Source of the DNA: an uncultured Planctomycetia bacterium
GTDB taxonomy: Bacteria > Omnitrophota > Gorgyraeia > Duberdicusellales > 4484-171
NCBI GenBank assembly: GCA_964455875.1
Contig: CAYVYZ010000002.1
Coordinates: 655-64,654, forward strand
Length of the DNA stretch: 64,000 bases
Direction of reading: 5' to 3'
The notes beneath the pieces are model-generated. The model saw only the letters and a list, made by a program, of their open reading frames with translations. It did no database searches and was not told the DNA's origin. The first letter of the stretch is position 1. Each line of letters starts with the position of its first letter. The position numbers were made by a program, and so were the translations under genes. Shown here in pieces: positions 9,296-17,984 of this stretch.

Positions 9296-9859
9296 TTAGC
9301 CTTTTAATAGTTTAAATAGTTCTTTAGCCCTTTCTTTAGTAATACTGTTTTCGTATACTGGTTGTTGAGATGCTTCTACAAATAAGTCTTCGTTTATATT
9401 ATATCCGCTTTTAAGCATCGCTTGTGTGTCTTTAACCAGCTTCATCTCTGTTGGTGTCATAGAAACACCATCACTCTCATAATCTGGTTTTCTTCCTTCA
9501 GATAACTTTTCGGCTTCATATCTCTTTATAAGCCTACCGCTTCTTCCTTCTTCAACGATTTTTCTAATAGCCACTTCAACATCAATATTTCCATTAGTTA
9601 ATTGAATAAGTTGTTTATTCAAGTTCTCTGTTGGAAAGAATATTACTTTCCCAGTGTATGGTGTTGGCATTGGTGTTCTTTCCTTTCCTTCTCTTACTTT
9701 AGCATTCTCCACGAAACCAAACCATAAATACCACTCACCAAATTTTCCTTGCCCAGTCTTCACTGGTGCGGCACAATCAAGTTTTATTTTGACCGGGTCT
9801 CCAAGTAAAGGAATATCTTTCAAATCAAGTATTGGATTAATCTCTTTTTCGTTTGGCAT
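9296..9859 (-). CDS. Hypothetical protein, possible OB-fold ssDNA-binding protein
   Basis: Beta-rich N-terminal half (GQGKFGEWYLW); next to the helicase-like gene. Confidence 0.4.
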   Translation of the reverse strand: MPNEKEINPILDLKDIPLLGDPVKIKLDCAAPVKTGQGKFGEWYLWFGFVENAKVREGKERTPMPTPYTGKVIFFPTENLNKQLIQLTNGNIDVEVAIRKIVEEGRSGRLIKRYEAEKLSEGRKPDYESDGVSMTPTEMKLVKDTQAMLKSGYNINEDLFVEASQQPVYENSITKERAKELFKLLKG

Positions 9860-10157
9860 TTTCTTTTTCCTCCTTTATTTTATCCACACAATCTTGACAC
9901 AATCCTACGAATGCGATAACTCCCTTGTCTGTTTTAGATGCTTCTCTTAAATATAGTGGTTCTGATGTTATATCAACTTCTTTCTTACAACCAAAACAAA
10001 CACCATCTTCTTTCAGCTTTTTATTAACCGCATCCCATAGAAATCCCATCTCTCCTAAACTCTGTTCTACGGCTTTTTCATCGATTTTATCTATTTGAGT
10101 AACTTCCTTATTATCACTATCCTTTAAAAAATCATCCAGTTCTTTATCAGAAACCAT
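9837..10157 (-). CDS. Zinc-binding hypothetical protein
   Basis: CFGC...CQDC. Confidence 0.6.
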   Translation of the reverse strand: MVSDKELDDFLKDSDNKEVTQIDKIDEKAVEQSLGEMGFLWDAVNKKLKEDGVCFGCKKEVDITSEPLYLREASKTDKGVIAFVGLCQDCVDKIKEEKENAKRKRD

Positions 10158-10207
10158 TTTTTCTCACCTATTATAATGTCTTTTTATAACATCATTAAGG
10201 AATATTG

Positions 10208-10248
10208 GGGTCCCTCTTGAAAAAAACCCGGAGGTGGTAGAGGGACCC
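10208..10248. terminator. GC-rich stem-loop
   Basis: 10-bp inverted repeat GGGTCCCTCT/AGAGGGACCC directly after the glutaredoxin stop. Confidence 0.4.
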
Positions 10249-10499
10249 TAGGTTTTGGAGGGGCAATGAGTGTTATTAAACAAACTATCGTAAGTTTCTT
10301 GGTCGAAACCAATTATTTTCTTCTTACCTATAAAAAGAACAGGTATTTTCTTCTCACCTACTTTCTCTATAAAATCTTGTGGGTTATCCTGAATATTTAT
10401 AAAACTATAAAAAATTTTTTTCTCGTCTAAATATTTTTTTGCTAACAAACAAGCAGGACAATATTCTGCGCCATAAAGAGTAACTTTTTCAACATTCAT
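10248..10499 (-). CDS. Glutaredoxin (NrdH-like)
   Basis: YCPAC, IPVLFIG, IGFD; likely start MNVEKV at 10499. Confidence 0.85.
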   Translation of the reverse strand: MNVEKVTLYGAEYCPACLLAKKYLDEKKIFYSFINIQDNPQDFIEKVGEKKIPVLFIGKKKIIGFDQETYDSLFNNTHCPSKT

Positions 10500-10500
10500 T

Positions 10501-11277
10501 TTAATATTTTTTGAACTGGTTTTCAAACACATCGTAAGGAACAGCGTGTGAAATTCCTTGATTGTCATTATAAGAAATAACTATTCCAACAAACCTTAGT
10601 TCGTTTTTTCGCTTCACAAAAACAGGTCCTCCACTATAACCTCCTCTTACCACCTCGTCTAAACACACGCGAATTTCTCCGGTATCCTTATTATGTATTA
10701 TCGCGGTAATGTTGCTTTTTTTTATTACCCTGAATCTACCACCGGGGTAACCACCAATATAACACTCTTCGCCTATAATAAGGTTTTTATAAGATATTGG
10801 GGGTGTTCTGTATGCTTTGTACTTATCTTTTTTTGTGCTTATAATTGCGTAATCCTTTTCTAAGTCAAGTCTCTCAAGTTTTCCTTCAAGTGTTTCTCCA
10901 TACATATCCACAACAACCTTTTCATGTGATTGAACATCAGATAACAATGGGTGTTGTGGCTTAAGCAGGTGACCAGCAGTTATGTAATAACTTCTATTAC
11001 CCCCATCTTTAAAATTGTATAACGAACCAGATACCTTTCTATCGAAAAACACACCCCTGGCTTTTCCTGTTAAACGAACAGTAAATTTATATACATTCTC
11101 AAAAGCACTATTCCAACGTCTTAATCTATCGTTTTCGTCACGACTAACTTCTTGAAATTCTTGGTCTTGTTTTAAATAATTATCAAGAGTTTGTGTGTTA
11201 GCACCGTTTTCTGGCATATACGATGTTGACAAACCAATAATCGCGCAACCTATTAAAAACTTTTTTAACCTATTCAT
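10501..11277 (-). CDS. Trypsin-like serine protease with N-terminal signal/anchor
   Basis: Catalytic triad motifs ITAGH, KDYAI, GYSGGP; hydrophobic N-terminus. Confidence 0.85.
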   Translation of the reverse strand: MNRLKKFLIGCAIIGLSTSYMPENGANTQTLDNYLKQDQEFQEVSRDENDRLRRWNSAFENVYKFTVRLTGKARGVFFDRKVSGSLYNFKDGGNRSYYITAGHLLKPQHPLLSDVQSHEKVVVDMYGETLEGKLERLDLEKDYAIISTKKDKYKAYRTPPISYKNLIIGEECYIGGYPGGRFRVIKKSNITAIIHNKDTGEIRVCLDEVVRGGYSGGPVFVKRKNELRFVGIVISYNDNQGISHAVPYDVFENQFKKY

Positions 11278-11292
11278 TTGACCCTATAAATA

Positions 11293-11601
11293 TTATTTCT
11301 TCAATCTTTTGGCTTTACTCCCACTCTTCACTTTTTTTCTACCGCCAGAAGCCTGAAAGTTTTTACCTCTCTGATGCTTTTTTTCATGTATAGACCTTCC
11401 TTTTCCCTTAAGCTTATACTTTATTAAATTAGAAGGCGTATTATGAGTTCTGTCACCATCCTTATGATGAACTCCTTCACCAGGCTTGGCGTTTACTATT
11501 CTTCTGTAACTTCTTCTACCATCCTTGTACGCTGGGTTTTTCTTCCCTATCATAGCCCTAGAAATCTTTTTTCTTGTCGAAATTTTTTGAGGTCTTCCCA
11601 T
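11293..11601 (-). CDS. NUMOD3/HNH-motif protein (homing endonuclease-like)
   Basis: RKKISRAMIGKKNP, VHHKDGDRTHNTPSNL, H..H. Confidence 0.7.
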   Translation of the reverse strand: MGRPQKISTRKKISRAMIGKKNPAYKDGRRSYRRIVNAKPGEGVHHKDGDRTHNTPSNLIKYKLKGKGRSIHEKKHQRGKNFQASGGRKKVKSGSKAKRLKK

Positions 11602-11752
11602 TTTAATCAACCAAAAATACACTAACAACAAACGTATAAACAAATTTTATACAAATAACATATTTTTATTGTTATTAACCATTCTGGGAATGATGCTAAA
11701 AAAATAAACAAATCACAATGATACCTAAAAGTTTTTTAATAAGACTCCTATC

Positions 11753-12043
11753 TCACATATTCCTAATTATTCGTTTTTGCCCACCACTAGCCATTAATCC
11801 CTTTGCTCGCTCCCTTTCATATATCTCTTCAGGAGACATATCGTCTTTCTTAGTTGTGGCTTGTTTATTAATATTGGCTTTATCGGGCAAAACACCAGTA
11901 GTCTTTACCGGACCTAAAAATTCTTTAAAATTAATATTGAGTGTCGCTTTAAGATTTTTAACGTTAAACTTAACTGCTTTAACACCGTTATAAGACCTTC
12001 TGATAAGGGCTTCAATATCGTCCTTATTTAACACGATTTCCAT
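11753..12043 (-). CDS. Hypothetical protein
   Basis: Likely start MEIVLNK after GGTGA; promoter at 12084-12099. Confidence 0.55.
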   Translation of the reverse strand: MEIVLNKDDIEALIRRSYNGVKAVKFNVKNLKATLNINFKEFLGPVKTTGVLPDKANINKQATTKKDDMSPEEIYERERAKGLMASGGQKRIIRNM

Positions 12044-12083
12044 CTGTATCACCAATAGACATAATATACTATGATAGTTCTCA

Positions 12084-12099
12084 TATTTAAATCTTTCGG
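12084..12099 (-). promoter_or_regulatory. Archaeal BRE+TATA promoter
   Basis: CCGAAAGATTTAAATA on the minus strand. Confidence 0.55.
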
Positions 12100-12440
12100 T
12101 TTGTATTAGGAGCACGCCTCAAATCCGTCTGTCCAGCTAATAACTCACAAACCCGTTCTTCACCTTCATTAGTGTAATTATCTGGGGTAAAACCACGTGT
12201 GCCAATCTCAAGATGAACTTCTTCATGAACCACTGTTTTTACTATCTCATCTATTAATTTATCTTCTTGTAAACAAACTCCTAATAATCTCCAGTAATCA
12301 TTACTAAGATTAATAATGGACTTATCTAATCTAACACAAGCTAATCCTTTAAACTCTTTTGGTTTAGAACCATTAACGGTTTTAAAATTATATTTCTTCA
12401 TATATTTGCTCATGTTGGTCGTGATGATGTGTTCTCTCAT
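12087..12440 (-). CDS. HExxH-motif protein (possible zinc metallopeptidase)
   Basis: VVHEEVH ... EGEE. Confidence 0.5.
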   Translation of the reverse strand: MREHIITTNMSKYMKKYNFKTVNGSKPKEFKGLACVRLDKSIINLSNDYWRLLGVCLQEDKLIDEIVKTVVHEEVHLEIGTRGFTPDNYTNEGEERVCELLAGQTDLRRAPNTNRKI

Positions 12441-12441
12441 T

Positions 12442-12765
12442 TTAAATTAAACCCACATCATTAATACTTTTATCGTCTATATAGACGTCGGCGGCTGGCT
12501 TGCCAAATATTAATTTATGATATTTCACACCCCATTCTTTTAACTGTTTCTTTGTTAGTTCGGTTAAATCCCTACCACTATCCATTCCTCTAGCAGTAAA
12601 ATAAATAATGGTGTGTCCCTCATCATAGAGTTTGTTCAGCTTTGCTATCTTATCTTTGAAAGGTTTTGCATCCGGGTAATCCCAATCTCCCTTCTTCTTA
12701 GTAGAGACTAACGAACAAATAGTGCCGTCAATATCTACACAATATCTAGTCAAGTTCTCACCCAC
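12442..12765 (-). CDS. HAD-superfamily phosphatase (capsule-biosynthesis phosphatase-like)
   Basis: DIDGT, FTARG, GKP, YIDDK. Confidence 0.85.
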   Translation of the reverse strand: MGENLTRYCVDIDGTICSLVSTKKKGDWDYPDAKPFKDKIAKLNKLYDEGHTIIYFTARGMDSGRDLTELTKKQLKEWGVKYHKLIFGKPAADVYIDDKSINDVGLI

Positions 12766-12770
12766 CGTTT

Positions 12771-13025
12771 CTATTCATCGTCTTCAGTATTGCTTACTTT
12801 AATATCAAGGTATTGGTTTGTGTGTTTATCATTAAAAACAGCAAAGTAATCTCTCAACTCATTAAATAAGTTTTTAAAAGCTATTTGCTCTGCCTTTGTT
12901 CCATTTTTATCATCTATAATTTCTGGAATTTCTATAACAAATTCTTTATGTCCTTCATCACTACTTGTTTCAACATAGTATCCGTTAATTGTCTTCTTAA
13001 TATGACATTCCCAATTATATTTCAT
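12771..13025 (-). CDS. Hypothetical protein
   Basis: ORF in operon. Confidence 0.55.
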   Translation of the reverse strand: MKYNWECHIKKTINGYYVETSSDEGHKEFVIEIPEIIDDKNGTKAEQIAFKNLFNELRDYFAVFNDKHTNQYLDIKVSNTEDDE

Positions 13026-13038
13026 TTTTTTCCCTCAC

Positions 13039-13392
13039 TCACAATTCATAATCTTCGTCTAATACCTCTAAAGCATCTAAATAAAATATTTCTAATTCTT
13101 CAGGATACTTCTTAGTTTTTTGTAGCGCCTCGGCTATCTCTTCTGTTTTTAATATTTCATAGATAGCGAAATTATCCAAGTCTAATATGTCCGCTCTCTT
13201 TCCGTTTTTAAAAATTGCTTCTGTAACGATTTTCCTACCGTCTTTTATCAACATATAGGCTACCTTACATTTCGCTAATTCGTGTTCTATGCTATTTGTA
13301 GTGTTTATACGCACAGAATTAATATCGACTCTAAAACTATTACTTAATAATCTCATACACCTATTTCTTCGTGCTTGTTTTTTAAAAACCAC
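13039..13392 (-). CDS. PD-(D/E)XK-like nuclease-fold protein
   Basis: EHELAK, VTEA, RADILD, YEI pattern. Confidence 0.5.
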   Translation of the reverse strand: MVFKKQARRNRCMRLLSNSFRVDINSVRINTTNSIEHELAKCKVAYMLIKDGRKIVTEAIFKNGKRADILDLDNFAIYEILKTEEIAEALQKTKKYPEELEIFYLDALEVLDEDYEL

Positions 13393-13629
13393 TTTTAACC
13401 ATTTTAAAAAGAGTATTAGTCTTCAGTTATTCATTCATTCACCATCTCAAACCACAACTCATCTATTGCTTCCTTCTTTTCTTTCGTATTATCCATTTTT
13501 TCTTTTTTAGTCATTTTTATCTTCTTTTACTACATCTTTAAATACTTTTCAATATGTTGATATTCTATATCTCCAAACTAGGGTATATATTGTTTCTTCT
13601 TTTCACCCATGTTTTTCTTTTGGTTCTTT

Positions 13630-13824
13630 TTAGGCTCCTGCAACCATATGCGTCCCACATTTAGGACAAACCATTCCTGAACAGGGTACTCCTCTCTGGT
13701 GGGTTGCTTTTGTCCCGCAACTTGGGCAAACACAGTTTGTTGGTCCGCCAAAGCCTCGCCTTGGCAATCCTCTTCCTCCTCTTTGAGGACCTACCAACGG
13801 ACCTCTAGTGTTTCTTCCTGGCAT
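13630..13824 (-). CDS. Small Gly/Arg-rich double zinc-ribbon protein
   Basis: CVCPSCG..H.RGVPC...CPKCG. Confidence 0.7.
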   Translation of the reverse strand: MPGRNTRGPLVGPQRGGRGLPRRGFGGPTNCVCPSCGTKATHQRGVPCSGMVCPKCGTHMVAGA

Positions 13825-13834
13825 TTTTTCACCT

Positions 13835-14632
13835 CTATATCTGTATTTGATTATTCTTTAATCTCCCACCAAACTTCCAATTACACAACCCCCACTCAGC
13901 CCCATAATTACTTCCAAGTAGCTTCATAGGTTTGCTGGGAAGTGTGTCAAGGGTAGACTCAAAAATATACCAGCCTTCACCCCAGTTAACTATTGGGTAT
14001 GAATGTCCAAATTTGGACCCGTCTTTCTTCCTCACATAACCACAAGCATTAAACACTTCATTAGCTTTGAACCCTGCTTCCTTTGCTAAGTCAAGAAAGA
14101 GGATTGTGCCGTCCTCACAATCGCCTTTGGTATAAGCGAGGCTAATCGTACTAAATCTCCAGTCCTCACCATCATCAAATTCATAAGTAAGAGCATTAAT
14201 AACATATTCCCAGATTTTCATAGCACACGCCTTCTTATCCTGTTGGTATAATGTTCTTAAATGATATTTGTCTGCTAACATCTTAATATGAGGAGTCACG
14301 CTATAGATATGTGTGGGTTGTAAAACTATTTGCTTCGACCCAGTCTTAGTGACTATCTTGCTTTTTGGTTGATAAGGCATCACATTATTTAAAAAATCAG
14401 GTTTTTCAATATTATTATCATTTAATTCTTGTTGTAAGTATTCTAAAGCATCGTTTAAGGCACCAATCTCGTTCTGGTTTTCCTCTATCTGAGCCTTTAA
14501 CGAATTAATCATATTATTTAAATCCTGAATAATATCTATATGCCTTTCCAGTTCATCAGAGGTATCGTATTTTACATCGCCTTTAAACAGAATTTTCCAA
14601 ATGAGGTCTTTTATGTTTAACATCATTAACAC
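13835..14632 (-). CDS. Transglutaminase-like cysteine protease with coiled-coil N-terminus
   Basis: GDCED, GHSY, FEST (Cys-His-acid triad). Confidence 0.75.
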   Translation of the reverse strand: MLMMLNIKDLIWKILFKGDVKYDTSDELERHIDIIQDLNNMINSLKAQIEENQNEIGALNDALEYLQQELNDNNIEKPDFLNNVMPYQPKSKIVTKTGSKQIVLQPTHIYSVTPHIKMLADKYHLRTLYQQDKKACAMKIWEYVINALTYEFDDGEDWRFSTISLAYTKGDCEDGTILFLDLAKEAGFKANEVFNACGYVRKKDGSKFGHSYPIVNWGEGWYIFESTLDTLPSKPMKLLGSNYGAEWGLCNWKFGGRLKNNQIQI

Positions 14633-14846
14633 CGTTATACATTTTAACAGCTTCTATATGATAACAATGAGTATTCCTAATATTACCACAGCTACAAGTA
14701 TATTTGTCCTTCATAATATTATAAACAACATCATAAATTTCTCCAGAAAGTCCTTTCACAATATATCTTTTCCAAAATAACCCGTCATATAATAAGAAAA
14801 TGTTTTCACCCGTTACTAGCATCCTCGCTTTCTCTGTTTTCTTCAC
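14583..14846 (-). CDS. SWIM zinc-finger protein
   Basis: CSC...CYH. Confidence 0.7.
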   Translation of the reverse strand: MKKTEKARMLVTGENIFLLYDGLFWKRYIVKGLSGEIYDVVYNIMKDKYTCSCGNIRNTHCYHIEAVKMYNGVNDVKHKRPHLENSV

Positions 14847-14896
14847 CTAAATCACCAGTTAAAATAAAGATGTGCTATAATATGTATGAAACTTCT

Positions 14897-14913
14897 TATT
14901 TATAAAGTTTTCG
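14897..14913 (-). promoter_or_regulatory. Archaeal BRE+TATA promoter
   Basis: CGAAAACTTTATAAATA. Confidence 0.65.
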
Positions 14914-15069
14914 AAAAGAATTCGGATTATGCCTCAGGTTAATCCATAGCTTTCAATCATAATCCTTCTATAGGATTTTTGCGCGGTTTTACAGTACCCA
15001 CTATAGTTTATAAACCTTTTTGTTTTTTTTTCACAGCCTACATTTAAGAAAATTTTTCTACACACCAGA

Positions 15070-15408
15070 CTAATAATAACAATATCTGGTCTTGGTTCTC
15101 CGCATATCTAAGATGTAATTGTATTTATCAAGCAAGGCGTCGATGTAATACCCCTTTCTCTCATAGAATTCTAATCTATCAAGGTATAACCTAGCATAAT
15201 CACTAACATCCTTAAAATAGGAATCTATGATTTTTAGAAGGAGCCAATCCATATACCATAAATCGTATTTATCAAGTATAACTTTTCTTTTCTTTAAATC
15301 ATTGAAGGTAAGCTTCTTTTCTTTTGGCTCTTTTTCCTTCATAGCCTCTTTTACAATTTCCATTAATGTTTTATTCTCCGGATTTCCCCCCACCTTAATC
15401 TTTCCCAT
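15070..15408 (-). CDS. Hypothetical protein
   Basis: ORF. Confidence 0.55.
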   Translation of the reverse strand: MGKIKVGGNPENKTLMEIVKEAMKEKEPKEKKLTFNDLKKRKVILDKYDLWYMDWLLLKIIDSYFKDVSDYARLYLDRLEFYERKGYYIDALLDKYNYILDMRRTKTRYCYY

Positions 15409-15688
15409 AGTCCTTTAAACGGGAAAAATGAAGTTTATATAAAGGTTCGCCTACCTTACTTATTTTTTTGGTGAAAAAATAGAGGTTGCCCTTCTTGTCT
15501 TTATAAAAATAAATTCCGGCTACCTTGTTATAAAAGTGTAGCCCAACATCTACAAGCTCCTTTTTACTGAGCAATCCTTTTTCCTTAATCCTTTCTTCAA
15601 GGCTTTTACCACTAATTAAACCTGTCATTTCCCCTATAATATCTTTTAATATAACTTCTCCTATATAAAGCTTTTGATTCGGCGTCAT
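15395..15688 (-). CDS. Hypothetical protein
   Basis: ORF. Confidence 0.55.
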   Translation of the reverse strand: MTPNQKLYIGEVILKDIIGEMTGLISGKSLEERIKEKGLLSKKELVDVGLHFYNKVAGIYFYKDKKGNLYFFTKKISKVGEPLYKLHFSRLKDYGKD

Positions 15689-15785
15689 TCTGACCTTTCT
15701 TCGCCTTCTTTCAGTTTAAAGAATCCGCTATCTCCTATTTCTTCCTTTATTTTTCTCTTTATTTGTTTTAGAAGGTAGTCAAAAC

Positions 15786-16124
15786 TCATTTTTTAAACCC
15801 ATCAAAGGTAACTCTGAGAGTTCCTTCATAGAAGGAGATGAAACTTGGAACAACATAATCAAAATCCTTCACAAATTTTTTGTTATCCTCAAGTATCTTA
15901 AATATTAGCTTGTCAAGGGCGTTGTTCAACATCATATATGGGATAGTAAATAGATTTCCTTCACTCATTTTACTAAAAGATAATATGTTTTTAAAAACAT
16001 CCTTTTTTATTTTTATTTCTAAATCAAAGGTGGAAACAAGCTTCATCTTCGGTTTAGAAAGAAAGTCCCTTACATTAATCCAATTGTGGGCGGTCGCAAA
16101 AATTTGAAATTTATCTTTAACCAT
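15786..16124 (-). CDS. Hypothetical protein
   Basis: ORF with RBS GGTGA. Confidence 0.55.
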   Translation of the reverse strand: MVKDKFQIFATAHNWINVRDFLSKPKMKLVSTFDLEIKIKKDVFKNILSFSKMSEGNLFTIPYMMLNNALDKLIFKILEDNKKFVKDFDYVVPSFISFYEGTLRVTFDGFKK

Positions 16125-16279
16125 TCTTTCACCTTTTTAATATCGTCTTTACTTATAGAAGAAAAAATTATTCCTAATGCAATAGGGAGTAATCCTATTC
16201 CGAATAAGAAATGTATTTTAAATAGGATGAGTATTCCTGCTATTGCCCCAAACACATTCCAATAATCCGTTTTATTCAT
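16070..16279 (-). CDS. Small membrane protein
   Basis: Two hydrophobic segments; promoter at 16303-16317. Confidence 0.55.
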   Translation of the reverse strand: MNKTDYWNVFGAIAGILILFKIHFLFGIGLLPIALGIIFSSISKDDIKKVKEWLKINFKFLRPPTIGLM

Positions 16280-16302
16280 ATCCCCATATATGTTATTTCT
16301 AC

Positions 16303-16317
16303 TATATAAACTTTACG
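16303..16317 (-). promoter_or_regulatory. Archaeal BRE+TATA promoter
   Basis: CGTAAAGTTTATATA about 24 nt before the ATG at 16279. Confidence 0.5.
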
Positions 16318-16349
16318 ATTTTAGGATATGAAAAAGAAAAGAAGGAGAG

Positions 16350-16598
16350 TTAACCCCTCCTTCTTTTATATTGACTTCTTTTCTTTTCCTCTTCCATTTT
16401 CTCTAATACGGCGTCGAGAAATGCCTCTGTGTCGTCATCCTCATAATAGAAGGGGTCTCTCACCGTTCCAAGCTTATCTCTTGTTCCCAGTTGAGTATAA
16501 TTATATAATAGTTGGAAGAACCTCATATCTGGGTGTAATGTCCAGAGTTTCCCTATCTTATAAAGTATTCTTTCAATTCTTTTTGGGTCCTGTGCCAT
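16350..16598 (-). CDS. DUF1040/YihD-like small protein
   Basis: DPKRIERIL..W..HPDMRFFQLL..DPFYYEDD. Confidence 0.6.
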   Translation of the reverse strand: MAQDPKRIERILYKIGKLWTLHPDMRFFQLLYNYTQLGTRDKLGTVRDPFYYEDDDTEAFLDAVLEKMEEEKKRSQYKRRRG

Positions 16599-16611
16599 AA
16601 AAACACCCTAT

Positions 16612-16884
16612 TTACTTCTTTATTATTTCCTTCCAATTAGTTATTTTATCAGGAATATGGAGGAAGTGTTTCTTTAAAAATTTTTTATTCATAAACCAAT
16701 GCCCCGCCCCATTTTTATCATCATCTAAAACAACATCGTATAGTTCTTCCCCATATCGTATAAGAAAAAATGTTTTTTTCAGGTATTCCTCTATATCTTT
16801 CTCTGGGAACTCCCAATTACTTTTGTCCGTGCTTTTATTTAGTTTGAAACGCATACCTACTTTTAGTTTTTTTGGGAAAGACAT
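16612..16884 (-). CDS. Small SH3/KOW-like protein with C-terminal NW motif
   Basis: LKVGMRFKL start; ends ITNWKEIIKK. Confidence 0.7.
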   Translation of the reverse strand: MSFPKKLKVGMRFKLNKSTDKSNWEFPEKDIEEYLKKTFFLIRYGEELYDVVLDDDKNGAGHWFMNKKFLKKHFLHIPDKITNWKEIIKK

Positions 16885-16952
16885 AAGACCACCTTTTCTG
16901 ATGAAAATAGTAGCAAGGAGCTACACCCCAGTGGGAGTGTATATCCTTGCTT

Positions 16953-17165
16953 TTACTGGTTTTGTCCTCTTTTGGATAAATCATAACGGAGTTCATACTC
17001 CCATTGGCAGAGTTTCCTATCAATAATATCTTCTATCTCATTAATAGCGTCCCCAACACTATCATATTTATCCTCATACCCATAATCACTTGCCTTTTTA
17101 TTAATCTCTATCATCCTCTTAACAAAATTGGTTATGTTAAGGGAGATATTTTTAATTTCTTCCAT
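16953..17165 (-). CDS. Hypothetical protein
   Basis: ORF overlapping the upstream stop, RBS AGGTG. Confidence 0.55.
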   Translation of the reverse strand: MEEIKNISLNITNFVKRMIEINKKASDYGYEDKYDSVGDAINEIEDIIDRKLCQWEYELRYDLSKRGQNQ

Positions 17166-17457
17166 TTTTTAACACCTGCTTCCAATTAGTAATAATGTTT
17201 TTTAGTTTAAGCCTACCACTTCTAACATAATACTTTCCTCCTTTAAATTCGTATTTTGGAACAGGTTCAAGTGGTTTGTTTTTATTACTCCTCCACATGA
17301 TAAATTCCACAAAATACCATTTCTCACCGGGGTTAATTTTAGGTAAATTACGACCGCCTATTCCTATAATTTTACCATAAGACCCTGTTTGAATACCACA
17401 AAGTTTTTCATCCTTACATACTTCAACCATATCACCTATTTTGAATTCTCCACACAT
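17152..17457 (-). CDS. Small SH3/KOW-like protein with C-terminal NW motif
   Basis: FKIGDMVEV..G..GKI; ends ITNWKQVLKNGRN. Confidence 0.7.
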   Translation of the reverse strand: MCGEFKIGDMVEVCKDEKLCGIQTGSYGKIIGIGGRNLPKINPGEKWYFVEFIMWRSNKNKPLEPVPKYEFKGGKYYVRSGRLKLKNIITNWKQVLKNGRN

Positions 17458-17480
17458 AATATCACCTTTTAAAGAAGCTA

Positions 17481-17511
17481 TGGTAGGCGAAGAAGTCTTC
17501 TTCGCCTACCA
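17481..17511. repeat. 31-bp palindrome (15-bp arms, 1-nt centre)
   Basis: TGGTAGGCGAAGAAG-T-CTTCTTCGCCTACCA. Confidence 0.85.
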
Positions 17512-17564
17512 AAAAGCTCCAGAGGGGTTTTACAGGTTTAAGTTTTTAATTCCTCGCTATTTAA

Positions 17565-17984
17565 TCATCTACCTAATATGTTTTTCCAATTATCAATCCT
17601 TTCTATTAACTGATAAATATGTTTAACCCCATCATACCAAACATTTTTTCTTGGATCCCAACCTATATGCCAGGTGTTTCCATATCCAGGAACAGAAAGA
17701 CCTGCTCCATTTTCACCATCATCTCTTAAAACATTAGCAACATTCCCAGAAACACTATGAATTTTACCTGTAAAGCCTATTTTTAGTATTGTGCCATCCG
17801 AACTCACACTACAACCGCACACTCTCATCCCAGGACAAAGTTCTGTTATTTTTTTAATCGGTAATAACTCTCTTCCCTTAAATATTATTTTCTTTCTTTT
17901 TTGTAACATTTTCCTCCTCTCTTTTCTTAATAAAAACTTCAAGGCGTTGCTTACGCAAACTTTCTTCCCATTTTTCCTTCCCAC
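17565..17984 (-). CDS. Small SH3-like protein with C-terminal NW motif
   Basis: LCPGMRV..GFTGKI; ends IDNWKNILGR; start probably internal (MLQKRKK). Confidence 0.65.
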   Translation of the reverse strand: MGRKNGKKVCVSNALKFLLRKERRKMLQKRKKIIFKGRELLPIKKITELCPGMRVCGCSVSSDGTILKIGFTGKIHSVSGNVANVLRDDGENGAGLSVPGYGNTWHIGWDPRKNVWYDGVKHIYQLIERIDNWKNILGR

